Source: Myxococcota bacterium
GTDB lineage: Bacteria; Myxococcota_A; UBA9160; UBA4427
Direction of reading: 5' to 3'
Assembly (NCBI GenBank): GCA_965250285.1
Contig: OZ252299.1
Location: 2,432,001-2,496,000, forward strand
Length of the DNA: 64,000 nucleotides
Under the pieces are notes generated by a model. That model was not told the DNA's origin. It saw only the letters and a program-made list of their open reading frames with translations, and did not search any database. This document shows positions 8,266 through 17,922 of this stretch, piece by piece (position 1 is the first letter of the stretch; every line of letters begins with the position of its first letter). The position numbers and the translations under genes were made by a program.

Positions 8266-10644
8266 TCAGTGGAGGTCGGCGAACTCCTCGTCTCGGCTCC
8301 CCGGCGTGTACCAGATCGGCGACGTCCAGGAGCGCTCCTGGATCGTGCGCTGAACGAAGGGGTCGCCGCCCGTCTCGCGCGCACAGCATCTCGCCGAGTT
8401 GGCGAAGTCGGCGCTGCTCGAGTCGGGGTTGTTGGGGATCGCGGGATTGAAGCGCTCCCGCTGCTCCTCGCAGACCTCGATTTCGTCGAGTGGGTTGATC
8501 CCGTACTCCTCCTGGCAGATGTGGGTGCTGACGCGACACACCGGGTTCTCGAGCACGCGGCCGTAGTAGAACGCACGCTGATCGGGGTCGAAGTCGGGAT
8601 CGGTCCAGACCCGACACAGATGCTTGAAGTTGCGTCCGCGGCGGCCGGGCTTGAGGCTGCAGTCGTCGTTGACGCTCGCGCCGTTGTCGGGATCGCCCGC
8701 GATCGTGTAGACCGCTTCGCGCGTTCGGAGATTGCCCAGGCGATCCTCCTCGACCCAGCCCTTGATGATCTGGATCTGCTGGAGTGGCGTGCCGACGTAG
8801 TCGTCGTAGTGGGCGTCGAGGAGGAAGGTCGGCGAGCCGCGGCGCGGCCGATCCTCGCCGTACAGATCGCCGCCCATCGGCACACCCTTCTCGTAGCCGT
8901 AGGGCACGAAGTCGTCGTGGCACAGCTCTTCGGGGAAGTCGAAGCCGCCGAAGAAACGCACGATGTGCCGCGGCCCGCTCGTACCGTAGGTCTCCTTGTT
9001 CTTGAGCGCGTTGAAGACCGAATCGCGCGAATTCTCTTCGGCCCAGACGACGAAGTGCCCCCCCGAGTTCGACTGGATCGTGCCGTCGCTCCGCGTCATC
9101 GCGGCGTCTTCGATGCCGAGGTGCCCGTTCCACGGATCGCTGAGCTGGCCCTTCTCACGGTTCGAGTAGGGATCCTCCGGATGCCAGCCGCCGGTTGCGT
9201 TGTGGTTGTCCGACGAAGAGCCCATGCCGAGCTTGAACGGGTTCGCGCCCAGGTTCTCTTCCGCGAAGAGCAGGCCATCCTTCAAGATGTTTCGCACGTA
9301 CGCGCGCGGGTCGAAGAAGGTCGGCGGGAACAGGGGCAGGTCGATCGACGCCACCCCCGACGCCTCGATCACGGTGCGACCGTCGAGGATCTCGAACGCG
9401 CAGGCCTCGTCCGGAATGCCCGGGCTGTTTCGGTCCGCGCGGTTGAGGCCGGTCTGTGCGATCCACTGACGGCGCGGATTCCGGGGCGCGAAGCGCGGAT
9501 CGTACCGGCACTCGCTGCCGCCCTTGGCCTGGAAGATCTCGACGAGCGGCTCCCAGCGCGCACGCAGCTGAGCCCGGCGCGCACGCTGTCGCGGCGTGAG
9601 ACCCTCCGGATCGGCGAACAGCGGCGGGATGATGCTCGGCACGTTCCCCGTCGGCACGGGCAGGCCGCCACCGAGATTCGAGTTGTGCGGAATCGTCAGT
9701 GCGTCGCAGCCCGGGATGCCCTCGACGCACTCCTCCTGCAGGCCAAGCCACAGGTTGCGCGCATTCGGAAAACCGCCGGTGAGGTAGAGCGGCGAGACCT
9801 CGAGCGGATCTGGGTTCGGGACCAGCGCCATGTCGATGGCCGTGATCGGCCGGTCGATCGACTTCGAGTTTCGGAAGACGACGTTGCGGTGGTAGTTCAC
9901 CGCCGAGGGTGTCGACGTGACCTCGTACGCATGGAAAGCACTGAACTCACAGCGTCGGCTGTCGTCGTTGGCCTCGTCGGCCGCGTTGCGCATCTCGTCC
10001 CAGACTCGGAGCTCGCTGCGCAGACATTCGGGGCGAGTTTCGCCATCGCGCCCGATACAGACCGGGAGCCTCTGGTTGCGAGAGGACGGGCCGAGGTTGG
10101 GGGCCGTGGTCGTGGTGAACGCAGCGGACGAGAACGTGCGAAGCGCCTGCGGCGCCGGGAAGGTCACGGGGTTGAAGTAGAAGCCGCGAAAGATCTTGCA
10201 CTCGAAGGAGTAGTACCCGGGCAGGTGCTCGTTGTCGCCGGTGCAGAAGCCCATCTCGCCGAAGTGCTCGGAGTGATCCGTGACCATGCCCCAGTCGAGC
10301 GGGCGATCGATCTGATATCGACGGGTTGGAAGACCGAAGGCGTTCGTTCCGACGACGACGCCCGCACGCCCCTTCTTCTTCATGAATCGGTACGAGTCGG
10401 CCGGACCGGGGCGCACGAACCGCAGGGCCGCGTCGAACGAGCGAGACGTGTGGTTGTGTGTCGTACCAAACAGAGCCTGCTTGTTCGGGTCGTAGTGGCG
10501 ACAGCGCGGGCGGTCCTCGGTGACCTCGAACGGAAGATCGCCGTCCGAGGGCGGCCCGCCCGAGTTCGTGGCCCACGCGTTGGGAACGACGACGAGCAGG
10601 ACCGTCACGAGAAGAGAGAAGAACCGCGGCGTGATCATCATCAT
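8266..10644 (-). CDS. DUF3604 domain-containing secreted protein (PHP-like metallohydrolase fold)
   Basis: FGTTHNHTSRSFDA, PLDWGMVTDHSE, NYHRNVVFR, TIPHNSN, SSDNHN, ETYGTSGPR and IQERSWTSPIWY motifs; signal peptide; GGAGG upstream. Confidence 0.9.
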   Translation of the reverse strand: MMMITPRFFSLLVTVLLVVVPNAWATNSGGPPSDGDLPFEVTEDRPRCRHYDPNKQALFGTTHNHTSRSFDAALRFVRPGPADSYRFMKKKGRAGVVVGTNAFGLPTRRYQIDRPLDWGMVTDHSEHFGEMGFCTGDNEHLPGYYSFECKIFRGFYFNPVTFPAPQALRTFSSAAFTTTTAPNLGPSSRNQRLPVCIGRDGETRPECLRSELRVWDEMRNAADEANDDSRRCEFSAFHAYEVTSTPSAVNYHRNVVFRNSKSIDRPITAIDMALVPNPDPLEVSPLYLTGGFPNARNLWLGLQEECVEGIPGCDALTIPHNSNLGGGLPVPTGNVPSIIPPLFADPEGLTPRQRARRAQLRARWEPLVEIFQAKGGSECRYDPRFAPRNPRRQWIAQTGLNRADRNSPGIPDEACAFEILDGRTVIEASGVASIDLPLFPPTFFDPRAYVRNILKDGLLFAEENLGANPFKLGMGSSSDNHNATGGWHPEDPYSNREKGQLSDPWNGHLGIEDAAMTRSDGTIQSNSGGHFVVWAEENSRDSVFNALKNKETYGTSGPRHIVRFFGGFDFPEELCHDDFVPYGYEKGVPMGGDLYGEDRPRRGSPTFLLDAHYDDYVGTPLQQIQIIKGWVEEDRLGNLRTREAVYTIAGDPDNGASVNDDCSLKPGRRGRNFKHLCRVWTDPDFDPDQRAFYYGRVLENPVCRVSTHICQEEYGINPLDEIEVCEEQRERFNPAIPNNPDSSSADFANSARCCARETGGDPFVQRTIQERSWTSPIWYTPGSRDEEFADLH

Positions 10645-10842
10645 CAGCACCCCTCCGGTGGATCGAAACGCACTCATTCCATTTGTGTCACACACTAAGC
10701 GACGCGGTACGCCCCACACAAGAATCTTCTGGGCAGAATCGGCTTTGGCACTGTCCTGGACGGATTGCGTCACGGGGCGGCACAAAACCGAAGCGCCGTA
10801 GCCCAAGCCATCGAGATCATTCATCTCGTGCGCATCGTGCTG

Positions 10843-11247
10843 TCACTTCTCGGTGTCTGACTCCGAGTCAGACGGCGACTTCGGTGCGGGAAGCGACGCG
10901 AGGTCCGAGACGAGCACGTCGCACATCGCGCGGTCGACCGCGATGCGCTCCGATCGGCCCGTGGTCACCACGTTGCGGATCAAGAAATCGGCGGCCTCGC
11001 GGGTGAGGATCCCGCTCTCGATGGCCATCGAGAGCTCGTGCTCGACCCGGGCCCGAGTCGAGCGATAGATCTCTTTCTGGTCGGCATCTTCGGTGTGCTG
11101 CTCACACCAGGTCAGCGTGCCGACCATACGGGCCGCATCTTCGGCTTCGAGGATGTTCGAGATCTGCCCCGCCGTCGCGGACCCGATGTGTCCGAGCAGC
11201 GCACACGCAACGAACGCGCTTCGAGCCACCGATCGCACGGCGCGCAC
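10843..11247 (-). CDS. Small exported hypothetical protein
   Basis: GTG just after the HupE stop; signal-peptide-like N-terminus; helical, Cys-containing mature region. Confidence 0.55.
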   Translation of the reverse strand: MRAVRSVARSAFVACALLGHIGSATAGQISNILEAEDAARMVGTLTWCEQHTEDADQKEIYRSTRARVEHELSMAIESGILTREAADFLIRNVVTTGRSERIAVDRAMCDVLVSDLASLPAPKSPSDSESDTEK

Positions 11248-11252
11248 CCGCC

Positions 11253-12287
11253 TCAGACCGAACGCGGCAGGATGCCCGCCACTCGCTCGAAGACCCAGAA
11301 CGCCGCGACCGAGCCGATGCCGTAGGCCGGCACGTATGGTGCCCAACTCGGCCACTCGACCGGGATGCGACGAATCGCGGCCCAGACCGCCAGCACGACC
11401 GCGACGAACAGCAGCTGCCCGATCTCGATGCCCACGTTGAACGCAAAGAGCGAGACCGGGATCTCGCCCTGAGGCAGCCCCACCTCGGTCAGCGCACCCG
11501 CGAAGCCCAGGCCGTGGAGCAGCCCGAATGCGGCCGCCACGAGCCAGGGCACACGATCCATCGTCGTGCGTCGACCGCGCTCGCGCTGGACGAGATCGAT
11601 CCCGAGCACGTAGATGCTGAAGGCGATGGCCGCTTCGACGGGCTGCTGGGGCACGTGGACGAACCCGAGAACGGCCAGCCCGAGCGTCACGCTGTGCCCG
11701 ACCGTGAACGCCGTCACGGTCCAGAGCAGCTGCTTGCCCCACCCGACGAGCAAAACGAGCGCGAGCACGAAGAGCAGATGATCCCAGCCGCTCAAGATGT
11801 GCTCGATCCCGAGCCGGGTGTAGTCGGCGCCGACGGCCAGGGCCGACTGTCGCTCCGGAACGACGAAGCTCGAGGTGTCGGGCGTCAGCAGCTGGCGAAA
11901 CGCGCGACCGTCGAACAGCTCGACGCGAAGCAGCACGTTCGCACCGCTGCCGGCGATCCCCTCGACCGCGACCGATTGACCGACGAGGGGGTCGGCGCAG
12001 CGAATCTGCCAGGCCAGCACGAGCCCGGTGCCCTCTTCGTAGGTCTCGGGCAAGCCGTTGCCGATGCACGACGGAGGCAGGATCGGCCGGAGATCACTGC
12101 CCTGAGCCTTCACGATCGGCTGCTTCCAGCGCACGTCGAAAATGCCGGTCTCGACCTCGCGCAGCTCGAGGAGCGACGGCGCGAAGACGTGCGCCGAAGC
12201 CGACGGTACGAGCGCGCCGGTCCAGGCGAGCACCACGACCGCCCCGTATATCGCCGTGAGCCATCGCAGCCCGCGCCCCCGCATCAT
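11253..12287 (-). CDS. HupE/UreJ family protein with N-terminal periplasmic domain
   Basis: LGIEHILSGWDHLLFV, AFTVGHSVTL and FGLLHGLGFA motifs; ATGA overlap with the upstream gene. Confidence 0.92.
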   Translation of the reverse strand: MMRGRGLRWLTAIYGAVVVLAWTGALVPSASAHVFAPSLLELREVETGIFDVRWKQPIVKAQGSDLRPILPPSCIGNGLPETYEEGTGLVLAWQIRCADPLVGQSVAVEGIAGSGANVLLRVELFDGRAFRQLLTPDTSSFVVPERQSALAVGADYTRLGIEHILSGWDHLLFVLALVLLVGWGKQLLWTVTAFTVGHSVTLGLAVLGFVHVPQQPVEAAIAFSIYVLGIDLVQRERGRRTTMDRVPWLVAAAFGLLHGLGFAGALTEVGLPQGEIPVSLFAFNVGIEIGQLLFVAVVLAVWAAIRRIPVEWPSWAPYVPAYGIGSVAAFWVFERVAGILPRSV

Positions 12288-13300
12288 CGCGACTCCTCCG
12301 CGAGATAGGCGAGTCGAATCGGCTCGCGCAGGTCCTCTTCGGGGATCACGTCGCCCGCAATCACGATGTCGAAGCGTCCGCGCAGATCGCGCAGGCGGAG
12401 CTCGAGCCACTCGTCGGCGAGCTGCCGCCTGACCTCGGCCAGCACGTCTTCGCGCACCTCGTCGAGCGTTGCGTCCCGCGGCTCCCAACGCTGCTCGACG
12501 AGCACGAGGTGATCGCCCATGCGCGACGCGATCGGCCCGTGCCAGGCGCCGACCGGCAGCTCTACGACGGCGCGCGCGAAGTCGGCGCCGAGCCGCCGAG
12601 CCAGGTCTCGCTCGGCCAGACGCGGCAGACGAACCGGGAGCGAGCTTCGCTTGCCCAGGCCGGCGGCCTCCTCGGGTGCCATCGAGGCATCGCGCGCGCG
12701 CTCGACGAGCGTGACGACGTCGCGCTCGCCCATTCCACGACCGAGATACACCTGGCTCAGCTGCAGCTCGAGCGGCCAGCGAAAGCGCTCGCGGTTGTCT
12801 CGCAGATAGGCCTCGAGCAGCGCCTCTTTCGGCTCCTGGATCATCGCGGCGGCCTTGATCACACGCGTCGCCGAATCGACGAGCAGATTGCGCAGCACGC
12901 GGTCGCCATGATCCAGCCCCATCTCGAGTGCGTCATCTGCCAGCTCGCGGGGCGGCGGCGCTTCGTGCGGGTTCTCGGCGACGAACTGCGCGATCTGCGC
13001 CAGACGGCGCTCGGCCACGTCACTCTGGTTCAGGCCGATCTCGAGCGCGTACTGGTAGAGCACTTCTTCATTCGCCACGACTCGCCGCAGCACCCGCTCC
13101 TGCTCCGGCGAGAGCTCGGTTCCCACCGCATCGACGAACTCACGTCGCGTCGATTCGTAGATGTAGTCGGGGATGACGAGCTGCGCGCGCGGCGCGGGCG
13201 CGTCTTCGTCGGGCGCCAGCGCGACGAAGAGCAACCCTCCGATCAGCGCGAAGTGAAGCGCCGGAGAGGTCAGCCAGCTTCGGATCCAGGGAGCGGTCAC
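12284..13300 (-). CDS. PpiC/parvulin-type peptidyl-prolyl isomerase-like protein (DUF3604-associated)
   Basis: PALHFALIGGLLF anchor, EEVLYQYALEIGL, and WHGPIASRMGDHLV rotamase-like motif. Start approximate. Confidence 0.85.
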   Translation of the reverse strand: MTAPWIRSWLTSPALHFALIGGLLFVALAPDEDAPAPRAQLVIPDYIYESTRREFVDAVGTELSPEQERVLRRVVANEEVLYQYALEIGLNQSDVAERRLAQIAQFVAENPHEAPPPRELADDALEMGLDHGDRVLRNLLVDSATRVIKAAAMIQEPKEALLEAYLRDNRERFRWPLELQLSQVYLGRGMGERDVVTLVERARDASMAPEEAAGLGKRSSLPVRLPRLAERDLARRLGADFARAVVELPVGAWHGPIASRMGDHLVLVEQRWEPRDATLDEVREDVLAEVRRQLADEWLELRLRDLRGRFDIVIAGDVIPEEDLREPIRLAYLAEESR

Positions 13301-13574
13301 AACGGCCCACACTACTCGACGCGGGGCGCGCTCGACAAGCACGTCGTCGCGGCCGATCCGGGCTGGTCGAGCGGCCGACGGGGTCACGAGAGGCCGACGA
13401 CTCGATTTTCGGTCGATCGGCGGGTCGTTTTCGGCGGCGACTTGCCGATCGGCCAACCCTCGCACCCCGCGATCGACTCTGGACATCGCTCGACGACGTA
13501 CAGCAGAATCGGCGGGCGCCCTGTCACCCGCGAAACGACCCCGGCCTGGGAAGCCGACCTGAAGGGAGGCGAAG

Positions 13575-14366
13575 ATGCAGTGGAGCAGCCCACGCGCCGC
13601 GCAAGTCGACGGACGCATGCGCGTTCGAAACGGGGCCGCCGCGGTCGCCGCCGTGCTCGTGCTCGGCCTCTCGGGGGGCGCCGACGCCGTCGAGATCCAG
13701 CCGCTTATGCAGTTCTGGTCGACCGAGACGGTGGCGCTCGAGCAGATCTGCGACCCCCCCTTCGGTTGCAGCGTGTTCGATCCGCCCGACATCGTCGTGA
13801 GCGAAAGCGTGCAGCCCTCCGAGACGATCGATGTCGCTGGCAGCACGGTCGACCGCTTCGGCTCGTCCGCTCATCGCTACGCACTCTCGAGCAGCTTCGA
13901 GCCACACGGGTTCGCCGCATCGGGCGAGGTCGAGGCGACCGGCGCGAACAAGGTCACGCTCGGCTGGTCCCACACGTTCAGCGTCGACGTGGCCGCCCAG
14001 ATCCGGATCAGCGGCTCGCTGTCGATGGATTCGTTCACCGAGTTCGTCGAGGGCTACGGGGCGACTTCGCAGCTCTCATTCTGCCGGCGCATGGCAACGG
14101 GCTCGAGCTGCGCCGCGACGCAGGCCTTCGAACGCATCGACTTCACGCGCCTCGCCACGCGCCGCAGCGACGAGACGATCCTGTTCGATGCGCTCGTCGA
14201 TCTCGATCCGGGCGAGCGGTATCGCCTATCGGTCGAGCTCGAGCCGATCGGAACACCGAGCGACGCGCGCTTCGAAGTCACCGCGACGATCGTCCCCGAG
14301 CCGTCGACCGCGCTCCTGCTGGCCCTCGGCCTCACGCTGCTCGCGAGCCGGACGCGCCGCGCCTGA
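13575..14366 (+). CDS. PEP-CTERM sorting-domain surface protein
   Basis: C-terminal VPEPSTALLLALGLTLLASRTRRA (VPEP + TM + basic tail); N-terminal signal peptide; GGAGG RBS. Confidence 0.9.
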   Translation: MQWSSPRAAQVDGRMRVRNGAAAVAAVLVLGLSGGADAVEIQPLMQFWSTETVALEQICDPPFGCSVFDPPDIVVSESVQPSETIDVAGSTVDRFGSSAHRYALSSSFEPHGFAASGEVEATGANKVTLGWSHTFSVDVAAQIRISGSLSMDSFTEFVEGYGATSQLSFCRRMATGSSCAATQAFERIDFTRLATRRSDETILFDALVDLDPGERYRLSVELEPIGTPSDARFEVTATIVPEPSTALLLALGLTLLASRTRRA

Positions 14367-14422
14367 CCTGCGCCCGAGGGCCGATCGCCGAGGCCGGCCC
14401 AGCCTGGCGGGTCCGAGATCGG

Positions 14423-14971
14423 CTACGACTCGCGTCCGGTCCGGGGATACGGCGGCGGACCGATGAACGGCCGCGGGAACGGGCCTGTGTGCCACTGCTT
14501 CGAGGTGACCCGGCGAATGATCTTCCAGTCGTCGCCCACGCGGATCAGATCGTCCTGGTACCGGAGACCGAGCACCAGGTGCTGCAGCGGGCTGTCGTCG
14601 GCCTCCATGTGGTAGCCGACGACCCAGCTCTCGACGAAGCCCTCGTCGCCGTCGATCTCGATGTACTGGTTGCCGACGAAGTGCATCGTCGCATCCCAGG
14701 CGTGGAGGGCCTCCTCCATCCCGTTGAGGTACTCGTCGAGCTCGCCCTTCTCGGCCGTGCCCACGCAAACGCAGTCGGGATGAAAGACGGTCCGCACCAG
14801 ATCGAAGTCGATCGAGTCGACGCCGTACGCGTAGCGGCGATAGAGGTTCTTGATGACCTCGCGGTCGCGCAGCCAGCGGGTCGTGGCCTCGAGATCGTCG
14901 GCGGGCGGCGGCTGGCCCTCGCGGAACTTCATGATGCGCCGCTTCTCGTTTCGAATGTCGTCGTCGCTCAT
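14423..14971 (-). CDS. SnoaL-like/NTF2 family protein
   Basis: DREVIKNLYRRYAYGVDSIDFD, TMHFVGN and RYQDDLIRVGDDWKI motifs. Confidence 0.88.
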   Translation of the reverse strand: MSDDDIRNEKRRIMKFREGQPPPADDLEATTRWLRDREVIKNLYRRYAYGVDSIDFDLVRTVFHPDCVCVGTAEKGELDEYLNGMEEALHAWDATMHFVGNQYIEIDGDEGFVESWVVGYHMEADDSPLQHLVLGLRYQDDLIRVGDDWKIIRRVTSKQWHTGPFPRPFIGPPPYPRTGRES

Positions 14972-15029
14972 CGTGAACCCTCGGTGCGGGGCGCCGCGGG
15001 GCGGCCCCATGGATCTTCGCCGCTTCGGC

Positions 15030-16925
15030 TCAGCGCCCGAACTCGAGCGCCTCGCGCTTCGGCGTCTTCATCATCGCGTAGAGCTCGGCCGTCTCGTACG
15101 GCGTATTGATCAGCAGCCGCCGCTCCTTGTCGACGTAGTAGTTGCGCTCCACCGACCTCGTATCCTTGATGAAGGCGAGCTCGGCGCCCTCCGCGTCGGT
15201 CTCGGCGTTGTACCGCGCGTAGGCCTGCTCGGTCACGGCGACGCGGGCGTGGCCCTCGTCGAACATCGTGTCGAGGCACTGCGCGATGTAGGCGCCCCAG
15301 ATCTGGAACCACGAGGGCAGCGAGATGCCGCCCGAGACGGGCTGGGAGTTCGGCCCGTAGAGCATGAAGAAGTTGGGGAAGCGCGGGACCATCATGCCGA
15401 GATACGCCCGCGGGCTCCGCTCGCCCCAGTAGTCACGCAGGCGCAGGCCGCCCTCCCCCCGGTACTCGGCGGGCCACAGGAACTGATCGACCTCGAAGCC
15501 GGTCGCCGACACGATCACGTCGACCTCGTGGTGCTTGCCATCGGCGGTCTCGATCCCGGTCTTCGTGATGCGCTCGATGGCGTTCGTCTCGAGCTCGACG
15601 TTCTCGCGCGTGAGCGACGCGTACCAGCCATTGTCGACGACCGGGCGGCGCACCATCGGCGCGTAGTCGGGCAGCAGCCGCTCGAGCAGATCGGGGCGAT
15701 CGCCGATCTGTTCCTGGATGTATCCGATCAGGAAGTCGCGCAGCTCCTCGCTCTTCTGGGTGATGTGGCCGCCCTGCTTCTCCCATTCCGGGTCGGGAAT
15801 CAGGAAGTCTTCGTGCCAGGTCATGAGTCCGATGATCGACGTGTAGCGGCACCAGTTCCAATAGCCGGGCACGTGATCGAAGAGCCAACGCACCTCGGGC
15901 TCGACCGGGCGACCGTAGTTCGGGCGGGGCGCGATCCACTGCGGCGTGCGCTGAAAGACGCGGACGTGCTCGGCCAACTCGGCCACGGGCTTCAGCAGCT
16001 GCACGCCCGTCGAGCCATTGCCGATGACGGCAACGCGCTTGCCTCTCACGTCGAGGTCACTCGTCCACTGGGTTGGATGGAGCAGCGTCCCTTCGAAGTC
16101 ATCGACCCCGTCGATGTCGAGGCGCTTCGCCTTCGAGAACACGCCCGCCGCGCTGACGACGACATTGACCTCGCGCTCGACGCGCTCACCGCCCGGCCGC
16201 TCGAACGTCAGATGCCAGGTCGACGTCGCTTCGTCGAAGCACGCGTCCTCGAGGTCGTGGCCGAGCTGGATGTGGTCGGCGACCCCGTACTTCTCGGAGA
16301 TGAACTCGAGATATCGGCGCACCTCTTCGCCGCGAGCGAAGTACTCGCTCCACGGATACTCGTCGTCGAAGCTGAACTCATACGTGATGCTCAGCGTGTC
16401 GACCCGGATGTCGGGGTACTTGTGGATGCTCCAGGTGCCGCCGATTTCGGTCCGCCGGTCGTAGAGGGTGTAGGGAACGCCGAGTCGCTCGAGCTGCACC
16501 GCCATCGCGATACCCGCTGGCCCGGCACCCACGATCGCGACCTCGAAGTCTTCGGGCACCGGCTTCGCGTCGGCCGCACGTTCGAACTGAAACGGATAGG
16601 GCGTGAACGCGAGAAACTTGCGCCGCACCTCGAAGTGCTCTTCGCGGGTCGGGACGCCGAGCACGAGATCCATGAGTCGGCGCAGCTCGTCATCGCCGGG
16701 CACGCGGCGCTCGAGCGTGTCGCGCCGAGTCTCGAGCAGGTGCGCCACGCGCTCCTTCAAACGGCCACGATCGCCGTCGTCGAGCGTGGCGACGGGACCG
16801 AACTCGGCCAGCGCCTCGTCCCCGGTGCCCTGGTAGAGCGCGACGCGGAGGGCCGCGAGATCGCAAGCGTCGACGGCCCGCCGGATGAAGGCCCGGTCGA
16901 CTCGCTCGTTGCTGACTTCCCCCAC
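15030..16925 (-). CDS. Baeyer-Villiger monooxygenase with N-terminal extension (4-hydroxyacetophenone monooxygenase-like)
   Basis: Two Rossmann motifs (GAGPAG, GNGSTG), GGTW, the BVMO fingerprint FEGTLLHPTQW, and ATGF. Confidence 0.9.
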   Translation of the reverse strand: MGEVSNERVDRAFIRRAVDACDLAALRVALYQGTGDEALAEFGPVATLDDGDRGRLKERVAHLLETRRDTLERRVPGDDELRRLMDLVLGVPTREEHFEVRRKFLAFTPYPFQFERAADAKPVPEDFEVAIVGAGPAGIAMAVQLERLGVPYTLYDRRTEIGGTWSIHKYPDIRVDTLSITYEFSFDDEYPWSEYFARGEEVRRYLEFISEKYGVADHIQLGHDLEDACFDEATSTWHLTFERPGGERVEREVNVVVSAAGVFSKAKRLDIDGVDDFEGTLLHPTQWTSDLDVRGKRVAVIGNGSTGVQLLKPVAELAEHVRVFQRTPQWIAPRPNYGRPVEPEVRWLFDHVPGYWNWCRYTSIIGLMTWHEDFLIPDPEWEKQGGHITQKSEELRDFLIGYIQEQIGDRPDLLERLLPDYAPMVRRPVVDNGWYASLTRENVELETNAIERITKTGIETADGKHHEVDVIVSATGFEVDQFLWPAEYRGEGGLRLRDYWGERSPRAYLGMMVPRFPNFFMLYGPNSQPVSGGISLPSWFQIWGAYIAQCLDTMFDEGHARVAVTEQAYARYNAETDAEGAELAFIKDTRSVERNYYVDKERRLLINTPYETAELYAMMKTPKREALEFGR

Positions 16926-16992
16926 GCGCCGATCCTCCTCGGGGCCGCGGCGCCCCAGGCCCGAGAAGGTGCCGGCTCGGCGCCCGACTCAC

Positions 16993-17022
16993 CCATTGCA
17001 ATGGCGATCCCCTTGTTGCAAT
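16993..17022. promoter_or_regulatory. Putative IclR operator in the divergent promoter
   Basis: Perfect palindrome CCATTGCAATGG (16993-17004) and a second TTGCAAT core 20 bp downstream. Confidence 0.5.
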
Positions 17023-17040
17023 CGTAATATCATGCGTCGT

Positions 17041-17907
17041 ATGTCCCGACGCGCTCTCTCTGCCACCCGCGCCGCCGACCTGATGAACTTCCTCGCGGCG
17101 CATCCCGACGAGTCGCTCTCGTACTCCGAGCTATCGCGACGCCTGGGCGTCAATCAGGCATCGACGCACAACCTGCTGATGGCCCTCACCGAGTGCGGCT
17201 ACCTCACACGCGACCCGAAGAGCCGGACGTTCTCGCTCGGGGCCGCGCTGGTCGCCCTCGGCGACGCCGCGCTGCGCAAGAACCCGATCATCGACGAGAC
17301 GCGGGTCGAGATGGCGAAGCTCGCGAAGGAGCTCGGGATGGGGGCGGTCGCGCTCGTGCGCGCGGGCGCCGATGCGCTGTGCATTGCGCGCACCGGCGCG
17401 CGCCGAGCCCAGGTCGATCCACCCGAGGTCGGCCAGCGCATTCCGATCATGGCGCCGCTCGTGTCGGTCTTCGTCGCGTGGGCGGGCGACGACGAGGTCG
17501 AGCAGTGGCTGCTGCGCGGGAGCGCAACGCGCGAAGCACAGCGCCGCGCGCGCGAGACCCTCGACCGGGTGCGCCAACGCGGCTACAGCGTCGCGCTCGA
17601 GGTGCCCGGTCGGCGGCGGCTCGGCGGTCTGATCGCCGATCTCGCCGAAGATCCCCATTCGAGCGAGCTGCGCGACCAGCTACATCGCACGATCGGCGAG
17701 CTCGGGCGCAGCTCGTATCAGCTGCGCGAGACCGACGGCCAGGATCAGAGCATCAGCACGATGACGGCTCCTGTCTTCGACCGCCATGGCGACGTGTGCG
17801 CGGCCGTGTCGCTGCAGGTCTTCGCCCGCGCGCTCGACCCCGACGGTGTCGCCGCGATCGGGGATCGCCTGCTCGACATGACGCGGCGGGTCTCGCGCGG
17901 CGCGTGA
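17041..17907 (+). CDS. IclR family transcriptional regulator
   Basis: N-terminal wHTH (SELSRRLGVNQASTHNLLMALTECGYL) and effector domain with VRQRGYS and TAPVFD. Confidence 0.92.
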   Translation: MSRRALSATRAADLMNFLAAHPDESLSYSELSRRLGVNQASTHNLLMALTECGYLTRDPKSRTFSLGAALVALGDAALRKNPIIDETRVEMAKLAKELGMGAVALVRAGADALCIARTGARRAQVDPPEVGQRIPIMAPLVSVFVAWAGDDEVEQWLLRGSATREAQRRARETLDRVRQRGYSVALEVPGRRRLGGLIADLAEDPHSSELRDQLHRTIGELGRSSYQLRETDGQDQSISTMTAPVFDRHGDVCAAVSLQVFARALDPDGVAAIGDRLLDMTRRVSRGA

Positions 17908-17922
17908 GGGTCGCGCCGGCGG

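Noticed and set aside
8269..10698. 809-aa + strand ORF, and similar long track ORFs at 12509-15109, 14850-17027, 23753-25639, 42090-43958 and 61440-63641
   Set aside because: They are antisense shadows of well-supported genes, expected in high-GC DNA, with no recognisable motifs.
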